Assembly (NCBI GenBank): GCA_002104905.1 | Contig: MCFE01000507.1 | Location: forward strand, 1-64,000 | Origin: Basidiobolus meristosporus CBS 931.73 | Lineage: Eukaryota > Fungi > Basidiobolomycota | DNA: 64,000 bases | Reading direction: 5' to 3' | The notes under the pieces: generated by a model | What the model saw: only the letters and a program-made list of their open reading frames with translations | Told to the model about the DNA's origin: nothing | Database searches by the model: none | Position numbers and translations under genes: made by a program | In this document: positions 1-12,516 of the stretch, one piece after another | Layout: each line of letters opens with the position of its first letter | Numbering within the stretch: position 1 is the stretch's first letter

Positions 1-43
1 GTAGTTCATTCACCGTTCTAACCTAGCCTTTCTGTTCATTCAG
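1..43 (+). other. 3' part (possibly all) of a spliceosomal intron of the eL33 gene
   Basis: Branch-point-like CTAAC at 18-22, pyrimidine tract, CAG acceptor at 41-43 directly before the conserved coding frame; the window starts with GT, so the donor may be at 1 or upstream. Confidence 0.8.
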
Positions 44-350
44 TCTTTACTCCAAGGGTCGCGTCCTAGGCTTCAAGCGCGCCAAGCGTAACCAAAGAGT
101 CAACACCTCCTTGATCCAACTCGAGAACGTCGCCACCAAGGAGGACACCCAATTCTACCTTGGCAAGAGAGTAGCCTATGTCTACCGTGCCAAGCGTGAG
201 ATCAACGGATCCAAGGTCAGAGTCATCTGGGGCCGTGTCACCCGCCCTCACGGAAACTCCGGAGTTGTCAAGGCCAAGTTCAGAAGCAACTTGCCCCCTC
301 ACTCCTTCGGCGCCTCTGTCCGTGTCATGATGTATCCTTCCCGTGTTTAA
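44..350 (+). CDS. RPL33: 60S ribosomal protein eL33 (L35a / yeast L33), terminal exon, 5'-partial
   Basis: Frame from 45 reads [29 protein letters not shown]...[14 protein letters not shown]...[25 protein letters not shown]...[10 protein letters not shown], the typical eL33 sequence; C-ending codon bias; CpG retained. Confidence 0.96.
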
Positions 351-1284
351 GTAAACGGGTGGTGTAAGGAAAAGATGCATCCAATCCTTTGCCTTAAATA
401 AAGTCATTATAGATTGACTTTAATCGGTGTTTCTTGGTGTGTGTGGTCGGTCGGGCTAATGATGTTGTGCTTGCATTGTACTTTTCGGCTCCTATCTTTC
501 TCGCATTTTGTCATCCTTCGGAAATGGCGGAAGATGGAAAGTTGTTGGAAGGATATAGGATCCAATGCTTCCTTGGAAGCTCCCTTTATCAACCTTACAT
601 GTTGCCTATGAATGTGTGAGGTGACTATAGTATTATGAAGTCATGTTTAATTTATCACGCATACTTTAGTCAAGTTTACCGGATTATTCAATCTAGACAC
701 CCGCTATTTGTCCATAGCCACATAAATACTCTGGTTTTTGCCATGCTGGCACTTTCGTTATATTCTAAGGTGACCAATCCTATTTCAAGTCAACTTGGGG
801 ACCTCGAGGAAGTTGCGTTTAGGAATGCATGGTTCTTGCTTAATGCTTCATATAATATTTTTTGTTGCAAATTGTTTGCTTAGCGCCTAGTTATTAGTAT
901 GCATAGTTATTGTACTTATTAAGACATTTTTGTTTATTGACGGTGAAAATTCTGTTGACCATTTTCTCCAAATTTTCCAAAAGACTCTAAAGTTTCTGGA
1001 CATGCTGTCATTACCTTCCTGTGCATTCTCAATATGTTTGTTTTTACCCCTACCAGGTACAGATGCAAGCACAACTCTTGCATACAGTATTTTGTCAACT
1101 GGAGCAACACAGCCTGTCAACTCTACCAATTACTCCTATTATTTTCACAACACTTTGCACACATATTCTTAGAACTTCCTCAATGTATTCCACATATTGT
1201 ATTGCTATTATCTTACAGAAGCTCAGACATGACACAATCTACCTCTATTTGGGATTTTGGGGCTAGCTTTTTCTTTGATCTTTA

Positions 1285-1825
1285 ATAAGTAAATTTTGTA
1301 AATGCCCCTGAATATTCACCTTGCTTAGTCACTAAGATTGTAGTCTACAAATCTTTGCAAATTCCTGCCCAAAATCCCTGTTAGGATTCAATTGGAATAA
1401 TATCTATCAAAACATCAGCAGCCTAGAATATGAGAAAAGTCAAAGTTGTTCAAAAAGCCCAAGCTTTGCACACATGTTTTTGTGACATTGATGAGCATAT
1501 TTTACATGTTTGTTTCACCAAGGCTTAAATAGCATATATGGAAGTCTCCTGGATGAAGAAGCAAGAAACTCCAGTGCTAATAAGAAGGAAAAAGACAACA
1601 CTTTAATAAGCAATGATAACCACCAAAGGAGGTATCCAAGACCCTACAAAGGCAACAGCAACCTGTTCTGTAACTACTGCAAAAGGAAAGGACAGCAACC
1701 TTCCATGCAGTTACCTCAAAAGGGAGGGACACATCCAATTGATACTTTCCAAAGAGAAATTCTCAGCAGAAATTGCCAGAATATGCAAATGCTGCAACAA
1801 TTGAGGACATATCTCTATGAAAAAT
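1285..1825 (+). mobile_element. Degenerate Copia remnant: partial LTR fused to a gag zinc-knuckle fragment (internal deletion)
   Basis: 1285-1505 resembles the LTR at 8207; 1510-1825 encodes YGSLLDEEARNSSANKKEKDNTLISNDN...CNYCKRKG, matching gag at 62227-63288. Confidence 0.8.
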
Positions 1826-3390
1826 AATTTGGTCCTGTGGGTGGATCCAATCCAGATCAGCTGTCAAGATCCTGGTATGACACCATTATAATGCTGGTAG
1901 CCTGGAATTATTGACCCTCTTCACAATGTCATGACAGGAATGTGGTGGTTTTTTGCTGATTCTAGTGCTATATTAGTAAGTTTACTTGACAGTACTTGAG
2001 TGGCTCTTCAAAAGGAATTTGACAGCATTCTGACAGTCTTAATACAGTCTACACTTATTTGAGCAGACCCTACTAGCTACTCTAAGAATGCTTCTACTCA
2101 TTGGGACTGATACAACTGCTTTTGTCTAAACAGAATATACTTGTACAATGGTGATTGGTGCTTTTCCTGCAGTGAGATTCTCCTCAATAAGGGCTTTGAT
2201 TGTCCTTATTCTCCTGACAGTTATTTTCAACCTTGAGGTTGATTTGCAGGGCTAATTGATCTTCCCAGTGTCTTCAGATTTCATAAAAACCATCTAGTTG
2301 ATCCTTGCACCTTTTCCTTCAGCTCCATAGACAGCAGACATCAAGACTTGTGCATTAAATATTCTGCTATAATATATACCACAATATCTAACAAATCCTT
2401 TTGAAGTTTCAAAGCATTTTGGGGGTTTCTGGCTTGAGAGATTTGTACAAGAGGCTCCATGGAACATATCCTCATTGCCAGAAAGTCAAAATATAATCTA
2501 CATAAGTTCTTGCTCCATTGGGATGTACTCTAATTTGCGGTAGTAATTTTCCCCATTTTTTCTTCTTTTTCTTTTACTGCATATGAACCAAGAGCAATTC
2601 CTTCTGTGGGATGATTCTGGATTTCCTTACAGGTAGGACCATAGTGTGTCTGTGCACTAAATTCTCATGACTTTATTGGTCCAGAATATTTGGTCATTTG
2701 AGAGCAACATAATCAAGATCAGTCCTGACTTAGATCAGTCATCACTTCTGATAGAATGTACCAAGTTTTTTCACATATACTGCTCTTAAAAGCAGTTTTA
2801 TCAGTGCTTTGATATTAGACTCCAATATAACAGTATTCTGAGATGCAGAGCTTAGCAGTGAATTGATCAATCATGAGTCCTCAAATCACTAATCAAAAAT
2901 AATTTGGTCCTGCTGGTGGATGCAATCAAGATAAGCCATTAGGAGACTATTATAATACCAGCAGCTTGGAATTAATGAACCTCTACACTGTTGTAAGAGT
3001 CTTGGAGATATTGGAAGTGATTTGGGAGGACAAGTAGATTATGTGATTTCACTTAATGATTTATTGAATGTAAAAGTAGTATTTATACTTTTACATGGTC
3101 TTGGCATACCAAACACATATAAAAGGCTAAGGAATGTTCCAAAGACATATGTGCAAAGTTTGGGGCTGTTTATACAACTTTCAGAATTTTCATATTCTTG
3201 GTACCTGGTATCTTGATGAGAATATTCTAAGTAAATCCCAACAAAGAATTTGGTCAGTATTCTCTATAATCTGAAGGTAATGATCCAAGTGACTAAGTTA
3301 GGTGACTATTTAGGGGGAATTACAAATTTTTACAACATACACAATCTTATGATGGGATCACAATGGTGTTTGGCTAATTTTACTGCCAAA
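1820..3390. repeat. Diverged ~170-bp direct repeat pair (about 1820-1980 and 2896-3390; second copy split by a solo LTR)
   Basis: AAAAATAATTTGGTCCTG.GGTGGAT.CAATC.AGAT...CATTATAAT.C..G.AGC.TGGAATTA.TGA.CCTCT.CAC occurs twice; similarity resumes after the solo LTR. Confidence 0.6.
2989..3337 (-). mobile_element. Copia solo LTR with 5-bp TSD TACAC
   Basis: TGTTG...CAACA termini, reverse complement of the 8207-8555 LTR, TACAC at 2984-2988 and 3338-3342. Confidence 0.95.
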
Positions 3391-3594
3391 TAAAGTTAAG
3401 GAACATTATGGTGTTTTGGTAATGTTTTGCCAAGGGTGACATGGCATTGTTGTGGTCTTAGTGCACTCTACAACTATTTGAGGGAATCTAACCAGCCAGT
3501 ACATCCAATTGCCTTATATAGTCAAAAAACTTAATGGTGTTTTGTTGGCCTCATTGTAAGACTCTGATGGTATTATTATGGCAGTATGGTGCCA

Positions 3595-3873
3595 TACAGG
3601 TAGGTCTGTATAATGCTACTGTACCAATTTACCAATTGGTATTTCCTTTTTCTACCTCCCCTTGTGCAATCCATGTATTCCACTGTAGAATCTTCCCCCT
3701 TTATTTGCTTACCCACTACTACCTTGGGTATTCCACATATATTTCAAATAAAAAAAACTATGGCCTCCTGCTTACTAACCTCTACAAAAATGCACACCTG
3801 CAGCAATTGACATACTTCTATCACCTCAACTTTACGGCTTTTTGGTGTGATACTTGCAAAGTTGCCATATACC
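3595..3873 (-). mobile_element. Fragment of the CACTA-like transposase 3' region
   Basis: Reverse complement aligns with about 61305-61580. Confidence 0.8.
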
Positions 3874-4227
3874 TTGTCTTATTGTAAAGATTTGTAGTTC
3901 CACCTTAATATTGACCTAACTGAGTCACTAAGATCATTACCTTCAAATCATAGAGAATACTGACCAAATTCCTGCTCAGGATTTACTTGGAATATTCTCA
4001 CTAAAATGCCAGGTACCAAGAACATCAAATTCTCAAAGTTGTACAAACAGCCCCACACTCTGCACACATGTTCTTGAGACCTTCCTTAACCTATTCTATG
4101 TGCTTGGTATGTCAAGATCATGTAAAAGTATAAATACTACTTTTACATTCAAAAAATCATTAAGTGAAAGCCACATAATCTACTTGTCCTCCCAATCACT
4201 TCCAATATCTTCAAGACTCCTACAACA

Positions 4228-4239
4228 GGTTATGAGCCC
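4228..4239 (+). promoter_or_regulatory. Copia primer-binding site (half-tRNA-iMet type)
   Basis: GGTTATGAGCCC immediately after the LTR; same motif at 62355 and a variant at 16386; complementary to the initiator-Met anticodon arm GGGCUCAUAACC. Confidence 0.8.
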
Positions 4240-7200
4240 CAAGCTGTCACTCTCCATAATATCTACTACTGCTATTACTGGAATCTTTTCCTCTGCTGAA
4301 AAGTTGGATGGTTGTAACTACCAAGTATGGAAGGTGAAGATGAAGATGCTGCTACAAGAACAAGGCCTTTGGGATATTGTCATGGGAGAAGAATGCCCTC
4401 CTAAAAACATGGGAGAGAAATCCTTAAAGTACCAGAAGAAAGAACAAAGTGCCTTCAACTGCATTTGCCTTAATATTAAAGACAAATTACTAATTCAATG
4501 CTCAAGAGCAAAAATGGCAATGAATGCCTGGAAAGCATTAGAAGACACATATCAGCCATGTTCAGCTGCTAAGAGAATGTATCTGAGTAGAAGATTCTTT
4601 ACTACAAAGATGCAGCCAGGAGAAGAAATGAAAAATCTAATTAACAGAATCACCCTGCTGGTGGATGAGATGGAATATGTGGGTGTACCCACTACTGATG
4701 AGGATGTAATAGTAACCATCCTGAGTAGCCTGACAGGTAGGTTTCAGGGCCTTGTATCAGCCCTAGCGTCCAGAACTGAAGATTTGACCTTGAGTTACAC
4801 ATATGGAAGGCTCCTGGATGAAGTATTTAGAAAATCAAGCAACAATAAGAAGGAAGAAGAAAATGCTTTAATAAGTAATGATAACCAACAAACTAGGTAC
4901 TCAAGACCCTTTAAAGGCAACAGCAAGCTGTTTTGCAACCACTGCAAAAGGAAAGGACACACATCAGACTGGTGCTTCAAAAAGAGAGATAGTCAGCAGA
5001 AAAAGCCTGAAAATGGAAATACTGCAATAGCTGAAGATAGACTATTTGTATCTGCACTAAACATGACCAGAAAAAATGATTCTTGGACATGGTACATTGA
5101 CTCTGGAGCATTTCAACACTTTACACACCAAAAAGAACTTTTTACTCAACATCAAGAAATTCAATTCAGAAGGTTTTCATTGGTGACAATAGAACACGTG
5201 ATGCAGTGGGAGAAGGAGCTATCCAAGTAAACCTTAGTGAAGCATTGTGAAGGCTGCCATACACTGATCTTTACAGAAGTACTCTATGTACCAGAAATAG
5301 CCAAAAACCTACTATCTGTAATCAAGGCCACTTCAGAAGGACTCAGTTTCAGCTTTGACAATTCTGGAAGCAGTATCACTGATCAAAATGGTGCCCATAT
5401 TGCTTTGGGCATCAGAGATCAAAATCTATACAAGTTGACTTATATTCCATCATATCTGGAAGCCAATATAAGTAACCTAAGTGAAGAGACACCAATGCTT
5501 TGGCACCGGAAACCTGGGGACATCAATTCTGATTATTTGCGCAAATAATAAAGGATCAGCTAATTTCTGGAGTGAATATCAATCCTGCAGCTTACTTGGA
5601 GCACTTTGAAGCCTGTATATATGGGAAACAAGCCAGAGAACTGTTCAAGAGCTCTGGGCTGATCAAAACTAAAAATATAGATCTAATTCACTCAGATCTG
5701 TGTGGACCTATGCAAAATGTATCCTAAAGTGGGATGAAGTATTAAATCACTCTTATTGATGATTATTCAAGATACAAGTGGGTTTACTTCATGGAGAGAA
5801 AGGAAGAAGCTCTGTCCAAGCTCAGAGAGCTCAGAGTCATGCTGGAGAGAGAAACTGGGGAAAAAATTAAGAAAATACACACTGATAATGGTGAAAAATA
5901 TACCTCACAACTCTTCACACACTTTGGCAAGATTCCTGGGATCAAGCAAGAGACTACTGTACCATACTCCCCACAGCAAAATGATGTAGCAGAACATGCA
6001 AATAGATCAATAATTGATAAGGTAAGATCAATGATCCATGATCAGAAATTATCCCATGATTTGTAGGTGGAATCAGTTGCCACGGTTGTATACCTAAAAA
6101 ATAAGAGTTAAAACAGAATACTTTATGATTCTACTTCATTTGAAGCATGGTATGGATACAGACCAAGTGCAGAGCATCTAAGATTATATGGGTGCACAGC
6201 ATATGCCAGGAAACTGCCTGAAAATCAGTCAAAATTTGAGCCAAAAAGTGTAAATGCACATTTTTGGGCTACCACAATGAGAGTAAGGCATACAGACTCT
6301 GCAATACCAAAGCAACAAAGCTGATCAAGTCCAGGGATGTGTTGTTTGAAGAAAATTCAAAATTTGCACAAAAAATGGTATCAGATGATGAAAAAATTTG
6401 ATCTCAAGCCCACCTATAGTCAAGATTGAATCAGTGCAAAGCAATGAAAGCATTTTCACTCCAGAGGACTCTACAACCGTAGTTCAGCTTGAATCTGTGC
6501 CCAGGAATATTCCAGAAGTGATCATTCCAGTGTCAAATGCCAGGAGATTCAACCATACAAGAAATAGCCCAAATTACTATATCAATAAGGGTACAGAGTT
6601 GGCCTTTGCCTATTCACTCCATATTGATCAACCCCAGACTCTAAAAGAGGCCCTAAATAGCCCTTGGACAAAGTTTTGGAGATCTGCAATGGCTGAGTAA
6701 TATCAGGCCATGATGGAAAATCAAACTTGGGACTTGGTCAAATTATCAATCAGCCAAAAATCAATTGGATGCAAATGGCCTGTAATACAAAATATAAGGT
6801 TGATAACACAATTGAAAGATACAAAGCAAGACTTGTGGCCAAAGAATACTCTCACACAAAAGGACTTGACTATACTGAGACCTTTGCACAGGTAGCCAAG
6901 TTTACTTCCATCAGTTTAATATTGGCTATTGCAGCCAAATATAAGCTCTTTATACATCAAATTGATGTAAAAGCTGCATTCATGAATGCAGCACTTGATG
7001 AGGACATGTATATGGACCAGCCTGATGGGTTTGTTGACCAAAATGTCCCTCAATTGGTCTGCAAGCTTAAAAAACTTCTATATGGTCTCAATCAATCACC
7101 AAGTACCTGGACTGCAAGATAGATTCATATATGGAATCTTTGAGTTTCAAAATGGGTAATGCTGACTATAGTATATACTGGAAGCCCAATAGAGCAAGTC

Positions 7201-8195
7201 CAGCTTTGTTGGCTCTCTATGTGGATGATCTTATTATAGCCACCAATAACCTAGAAACAATGTATGAGACTAAATCCAGTGTATCTAAGGAGTTCAAGAT
7301 GTCCAATCTAGAAGAATGCAGTATTACTTAGGGATAAAGTTCTCCATAGACAGAAGTACTAAGACTATCACCCTGAGCCAATCCAAGTATATTCAAGATA
7401 TACTAAAGAAGTACAAAATGGAAGACTGTAAACTGGCAGCTACCCCAATGGAGACAAACCTTAACTTTCAAAACTCAACCAAATCAAGAGAGCTTGGTGC
7501 CATCTGAAAGCCCTGACTTTCCTTATCAATCTATGGTCGGCATTCTGATGTATATCATGCTTGGAACACGTCCAGATATCTCATGTTCAGTGGGAGTTGT
7601 CAGCCAACATAATCAGAACTATGGATCCAATCATATTGCAGCAGTTAAGCGGATTTTTAGATACCTAAAAGGAACTGCTGATATTTGCTTAAGATACACT
7701 TATAAGGACTCAGAACAAGATCTTGTGGGATACTCTGATGCAGATTGGGGACAAAATTTAGAAGACAGAAGATCCACCACAGGATACACCTTTCTTTACT
7801 GTAAAGGAGCAATTTCATGGAATTCAAGAAAGCAACCAACCGTAGCACTTTCCACCACAGAGGCAGAGTATATGGCAGCCTGTGAAGCTACAAAAGAAGC
7901 AATGTGGTTAAGAAAGCTGTTTACAGATTTAGGCCTATGTCAAAAAATGCCTATTACTTTATTTCAAGATAATCAAGGATGTATACAATTAGGTAGAAAT
8001 CCAACTTTTCATGCTAGAACCAAGCACATAGATATTAGACATCATTTCATATGTGAAGCTATAGAGAATAACTTAGTTAGCTTAGTTTACTGTCCTACAG
8101 ATGAAATGATTGCAGACATATTTACCAAACCATTAGCTAGAGACAAGTTTGAATGTCTTAGGTCAAAATTAGGACTAGTCAGTATGAACATTTAG
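4232..8195 (+). pseudogene. Copia gag-pol polyprotein, multiple stops and frameshifts
   Basis: KLDGCNYQVWKVKM (gag), CNHCKRKGH knuckle, WYIDSGA (protease), HTDNGEKY/TVPYSPQQN (integrase), YKARLVAK, QIDVKAAF, LYVDDL (RT), GYSDADWG...RTKHIDIRHHF (RNase H). Confidence 0.95.
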
Positions 8196-8555
8196 CTGAG
8201 TGGGAGTGTTGTAAAAATTTGTAATTCCACCTAAATATTCACCTAACTTAGTCACTTAGATCATTACCCTCAAATCCTAGAGAATACTGACCAAATTCCT
8301 TGTTGGGATTTACTTAGAATATTTTCACCAAAATATCAGGTACCCAGAATATGAAAATTCTCAAAGTTGTCCAAACAGCCCCAAACTTTGTACACATGTT
8401 CTTGGGACCTTCCTTAACCTATTTTATGTGTTTGTAAAGCCAAGATCAGGTAAAAGTATAAATACTACTTTTACATTCAATAAATCATTAAGTGAAAACC
8501 GCATAATCTACTTGTTCTCCCAATCACTTCCAATATCTCCAAGACTCTTACAACA

Positions 8556-11500
8556 CTATCTTGGTAACAGGGTTGTAACATTTGTGTTTGTTTAGCAAAC
8601 AGCTCATGTAACCAGTTGGGTGGAATTTGTCAGGTGGGTGGTATTGTCCCAGTACAACGCCTATACCGGTGAGACTTCCATCTCAGTTAATAACATCCCA
8701 ATTAGGAAAACATAACACTGTTGGTGATGTCAGGGAATGTTTCAGCTGATCAAATGCTCTCTTTTGAGGCTCTGACCACACAAAACACTGGCCCTTTTGC
8801 ATCAATTTGTACAGGGGGGCTGCTATTGTTGTAAAGTTTTTGACAAAGCAGCAATAGTAGCCGGCTTATCCAAGGAATCCCAACACCGCATTAATATCCT
8901 TTGGTGCAGGTGTATCTTGAATGGCTTTTAGGAGTGAAGTAGATGGGTATATCCCATCTGCCAAGATCTTGTGGCCCAGAAACAACAATTTTGCATACAG
9001 GAAATGGCACTTCTTGGGATGTAGTTTGAGTTGGTTCTTGAGGAGGGCTCTCAGGATACATTGCATGTTGTGCATATGTGCTTCTACATTGGGGGAATAT
9101 ATTGTGATGTTGTCCAGATACACAAGAGCACATTCCCATTGTAAATTTCCTAGTACCTTATTGATCATCCTTTGGAATGTAGTAGGAGCATTGCACAAGC
9201 CAAAGGGTAGTTGGTTCCATTTGTATAATCAAAACAATGTTATAAAAGCTGTTTTGGGCTGATCTTCTGGGGCTACTTCTACTTGCCAATACCCAGAGAT
9301 TAAGTCAAGAGACCTAAAATATTTAGCTCTGATTAATCTGTCCAAGAGGTTATCAATTTGCAGTAGTGGTTACATGTCCTTCTGAGTGATGGTGTTCAAT
9401 TTTTGGTAGTTGATGCAAAATCATTGCTTTCTGTCTTACTTTGGGACTATCACTACAGGGCAGGCTCACAGAGAATGGCACTATGTATTGCTGTTGTCCT
9501 TAAATAAAGTTTCAACTGTCTCTTTGATATAATCTGAGTCAATTTTTGAGTTCCTATAGGCTTTGTGCATGATGGGGTATTTGTTTGCAAGGTGGATATG
9601 GTGATATACTGCAGGTGTATGGCCAATTACTTGGATCTTAGAGAATACTTGGGCAAGCAGGTGTATTCCTTCTAGGAACTTGTCACTAATGTGGGTGGGT
9701 AGACCAGGGTCCACATCTAGTTTGGGGAGTTCCTTGTTTGTAGGCTTCCTTGGTTGTTTCTGTCAACTTCCTCTAGGTTTAACAGTGGCGCTCCTCTAAG
9801 CAATATTGCTGCAAGTTGCCTGTTGTTAGCCACTAAGCACTTTGGACTTTGTGTTTCAAATTCTGATGGTATCCATACTTTAGGGATCAAGGCTCCTTCC
9901 AGTTGCTTTGATACCTTTGTTGCAGTTATCATTCTTCCACTTGTCAAATAAGCTATTGGTGTCTCTAATGAGATCACCATCTCACTGGCTGGTGGTATTT
10001 ATATCACCTTTTGTGAGATGATTTGAGACTGCAACAGTTTCACCACTGTGATTGTCACACACTTGCTACACACCCTGCTCTCATTGGTGATATGAATCAG
10101 TGGGACACTCTTGATATCCCACCTGAGTTCAGATGCACTGTAGAGTATGACCATCTAATGTTGCATAAACCAACTCTAGCTAATGAGTAAGTTGTTGGCT
10201 GCAACAGGTAGGACCACAACATCTTGGTGTATAATCAAGTTGCCTAGCCAGATGGGGCAATTAGGCACCACTCCTACTGTTGTGTCCAGTTGGTCATTTG
10301 CTAGCTGCATTGAAGTGGCATTATTGGTGACTATATCTAACTTTAGACGTTTTGCTAATGACTCTACATGATCAACATAGAAGATCCTGAGTCAATCAGG
10401 GCAAGAGTCCCCATATTCTCTATATGTACATTTGCATATGTACCCTTATTTGGTTTTTGTAGGACCATCTGGTTGACATGAAGGTTGGTTATCTCCTTCA
10501 ATCCCTCTATCAGCTCCTTGACAAGAGCTGGGGCAAGTCCCAGTAAATTGGTTATTGGGAGGGTTGCCTTGGTTTGCTCTAGTTCCTTCATTATAGGGAA
10601 TAGGCCATGGGAAAACACACTAGAGTTCTTCATTTGCTTCAACACTTCTTCCCAAGGCTCATTCTGTACTTCTTCACCTAATTCCATGCCCTTTCCTGTT
10701 CACAGAGCCTCTACTACTGGTTCCTTTGCCTCCTTGCTAAAAGCATTATGTTGATGCTTCTTTTCCGCACTTCAGCTGTTCTGACCAGGGGGCCTAGATT
10801 GACTGAGTCCCATTGGCCTCTTGGCAAGGGACTCTGTCTTTTGATGTCTTCTTCTCTTTTGTGTCCAGTACAGGTTTGTATCTGTACCATTTCTCACATT
10901 TGTGGGCCTGGTGGCCTACTTCTCCAAATGTATAACATGGATAATGTTGTTGCGGTTGTTCCATGTGTTGGGTTAGGGCTTGCACCTGGGCCTTTAGATC
11001 TACAACAGCTTCCCAGAGTTTGTCACCTTCTTTGGGGACTTCTTGGACATTGCTGATTGAGAGTTATTGGACCTTTTGCCGTAATTCCTCTGGCTCACTG
11101 TCTTTTGGGGAGGCAATTTTTCCTTTCCTACAGGGGGATCCCTGTCCTTTAATTGCTTGTATCACTATAGGGTAGCCCCCATAGCAAGATGACCCCTTGT
11201 ATTTGTTTGACCAACTCTTGCAATGTTTTACATCCCTGTTGTTCTTTGAATGCCTTATGTCTTACTTTGTCATCCAAGCCCATGATGTAATAACTACAAG
11301 CTGTTGTTTGGCAATTTCCTCCTTTAGCAGATATCAAACTTGTTGGAGAAACAGTTCAGTGTGGTCTTCATAGCTCCCACTGCTTTTCTTTGGCAAGGAC
11401 AGTAGAAGGGCTCTTTAGTGGTATCCTATGGCATACAGAAAGTATATTTTGTAGGCTTCTTCTAGTACATCCACATTGTCCTTAAATGTGTCTTCCAACC

Positions 11501-12080
11501 CATAATGCCATTGCCATGCTGACTCTTCCATATGTGTTGCAAACTCCCTTACTTTCTTATTGTTGTCCCACCCTGCATCAACCACAACTCTTTCAAACTT
11601 ATTGAACCACTCAAGGGCTTTCTCTCTCTTTCCCTTGTATATTTTTAGTTTGATTGTAATAGTCATTACCTCCCTTGTGCTTATTTCTGCAGAGACAGCA
11701 CCAAATATGTGGGTCATTACTGACTGTACTTGGTGAGTAGGACAGCTTGTAGGTCAAGTCAGTACCACTTGGTTCAGAATAGCTTCCCATAGAAAGTAGC
11801 AAGGTAGTAAAGACTTGTGTTTATTCTGTCCAAGTCTTCTTCTCTCACTTGGTTCATTTGGATATATATATATATCACTTGGAGGGGCTTAGATACTAGA
11901 CAATGTGTTATAAAATAGGGGTGTCAACACCTTCCTGTCATGGTAAGTGTTCAAACTAGATAAGTATAGTAATAGGAGGGAGGATGCATGAGGGAATCAT
12001 AGGGAGGATACTGGAGGACTTTGAGTAGGACTCTGGGGAGAACTCTTGGGCAAAGAGTAGGTACCACATTTAGTACTCAC
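8556..12080 (-). mobile_element. Decayed Ty3/gypsy element, family G2 (gag, zinc knuckle, PR, RT, partial RNase H), truncated by Copia
   Basis: gag-like 11415-11717; CYTFGEVGHQAHKC at 10794-10985; LALIDSGSS at 10364-10687; RT CNAPTTFQR...LVYLDN at 8866-9198; RNase H-like DGSLTGIGVVLGQ near 8660; 5' LTR uncertain (possibly 11936-12081). Confidence 0.85.
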
Positions 12081-12081
12081 A

Positions 12082-12516
12082 ATATTTATCAAACCATTAG
12101 ATAGTGACAAATCTGAATATCTTAGGTCAAAATTAGGACTTGTCAGTATGAACATTTAGTTGAGTGGGAATAATGTAAAGATTTATAATTCCACCTGAAT
12201 ACACACCCAACTTAGTCACATAGATCCTTACCTTCAAATCCAAGAGAATGCTGGCCAAAGTCCCTGTTGGGATTTACTTGGAATACTTTCACCAAAATAC
12301 TAGGTACCCAGAGCATGTAAATTCTCAAAGTTGTCCAAATAGCCTCAAGTCTTGCACACATGTTCTTGGGACTTTCCTTAACCCATTCTATGTGTTTGTT
12401 ATACCAAGAAATGTCAAAGTATGATTGCTACATTTACATTCAATAAATCATTAAGTGAAAACCACACAATCTACTTGTCCTCCCAATCACTTCCAATATA
12501 TTTAAGACTCTTACAG
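12082..12516 (+). mobile_element. Copia 3' end with PPT and degenerate 3' LTR (12171-12516)
   Basis: Matches 8120-8555. Confidence 0.85.

Larger units (their letters stand above)
3880..8555 (+). mobile_element. Full-span but decayed Copia (Ty1/copia) retrotransposon
   Basis: LTRs 3880-4227 and 8207-8555; PBS GGTTATGAGCCC at 4228; PPT GAGTGGGAG at 8198-8206; domain order gag-PR-INT-RT-RH; no matching TSD. Confidence 0.95.

Noticed and set aside
111-350. TTG start at 111 for the ribosomal protein
   Set aside because: The conserved frame extends to the splice acceptor at 43; the true start is in an upstream exon outside the window
66-407. 113-aa minus-strand ORF
   Set aside because: Antisense shadow of the eL33 exon; open because of the codon bias of the real gene
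400-1285. Several 60-83 aa ORFs on both strands
   Set aside because: No recognisable motifs, overlapping in conflicting frames; a Cys-rich broken frame near 1080-1200 (-) is too weak to call
11862-11876. (TA)n run
   Set aside because: Short microsatellite in the G2 leader; no further significance
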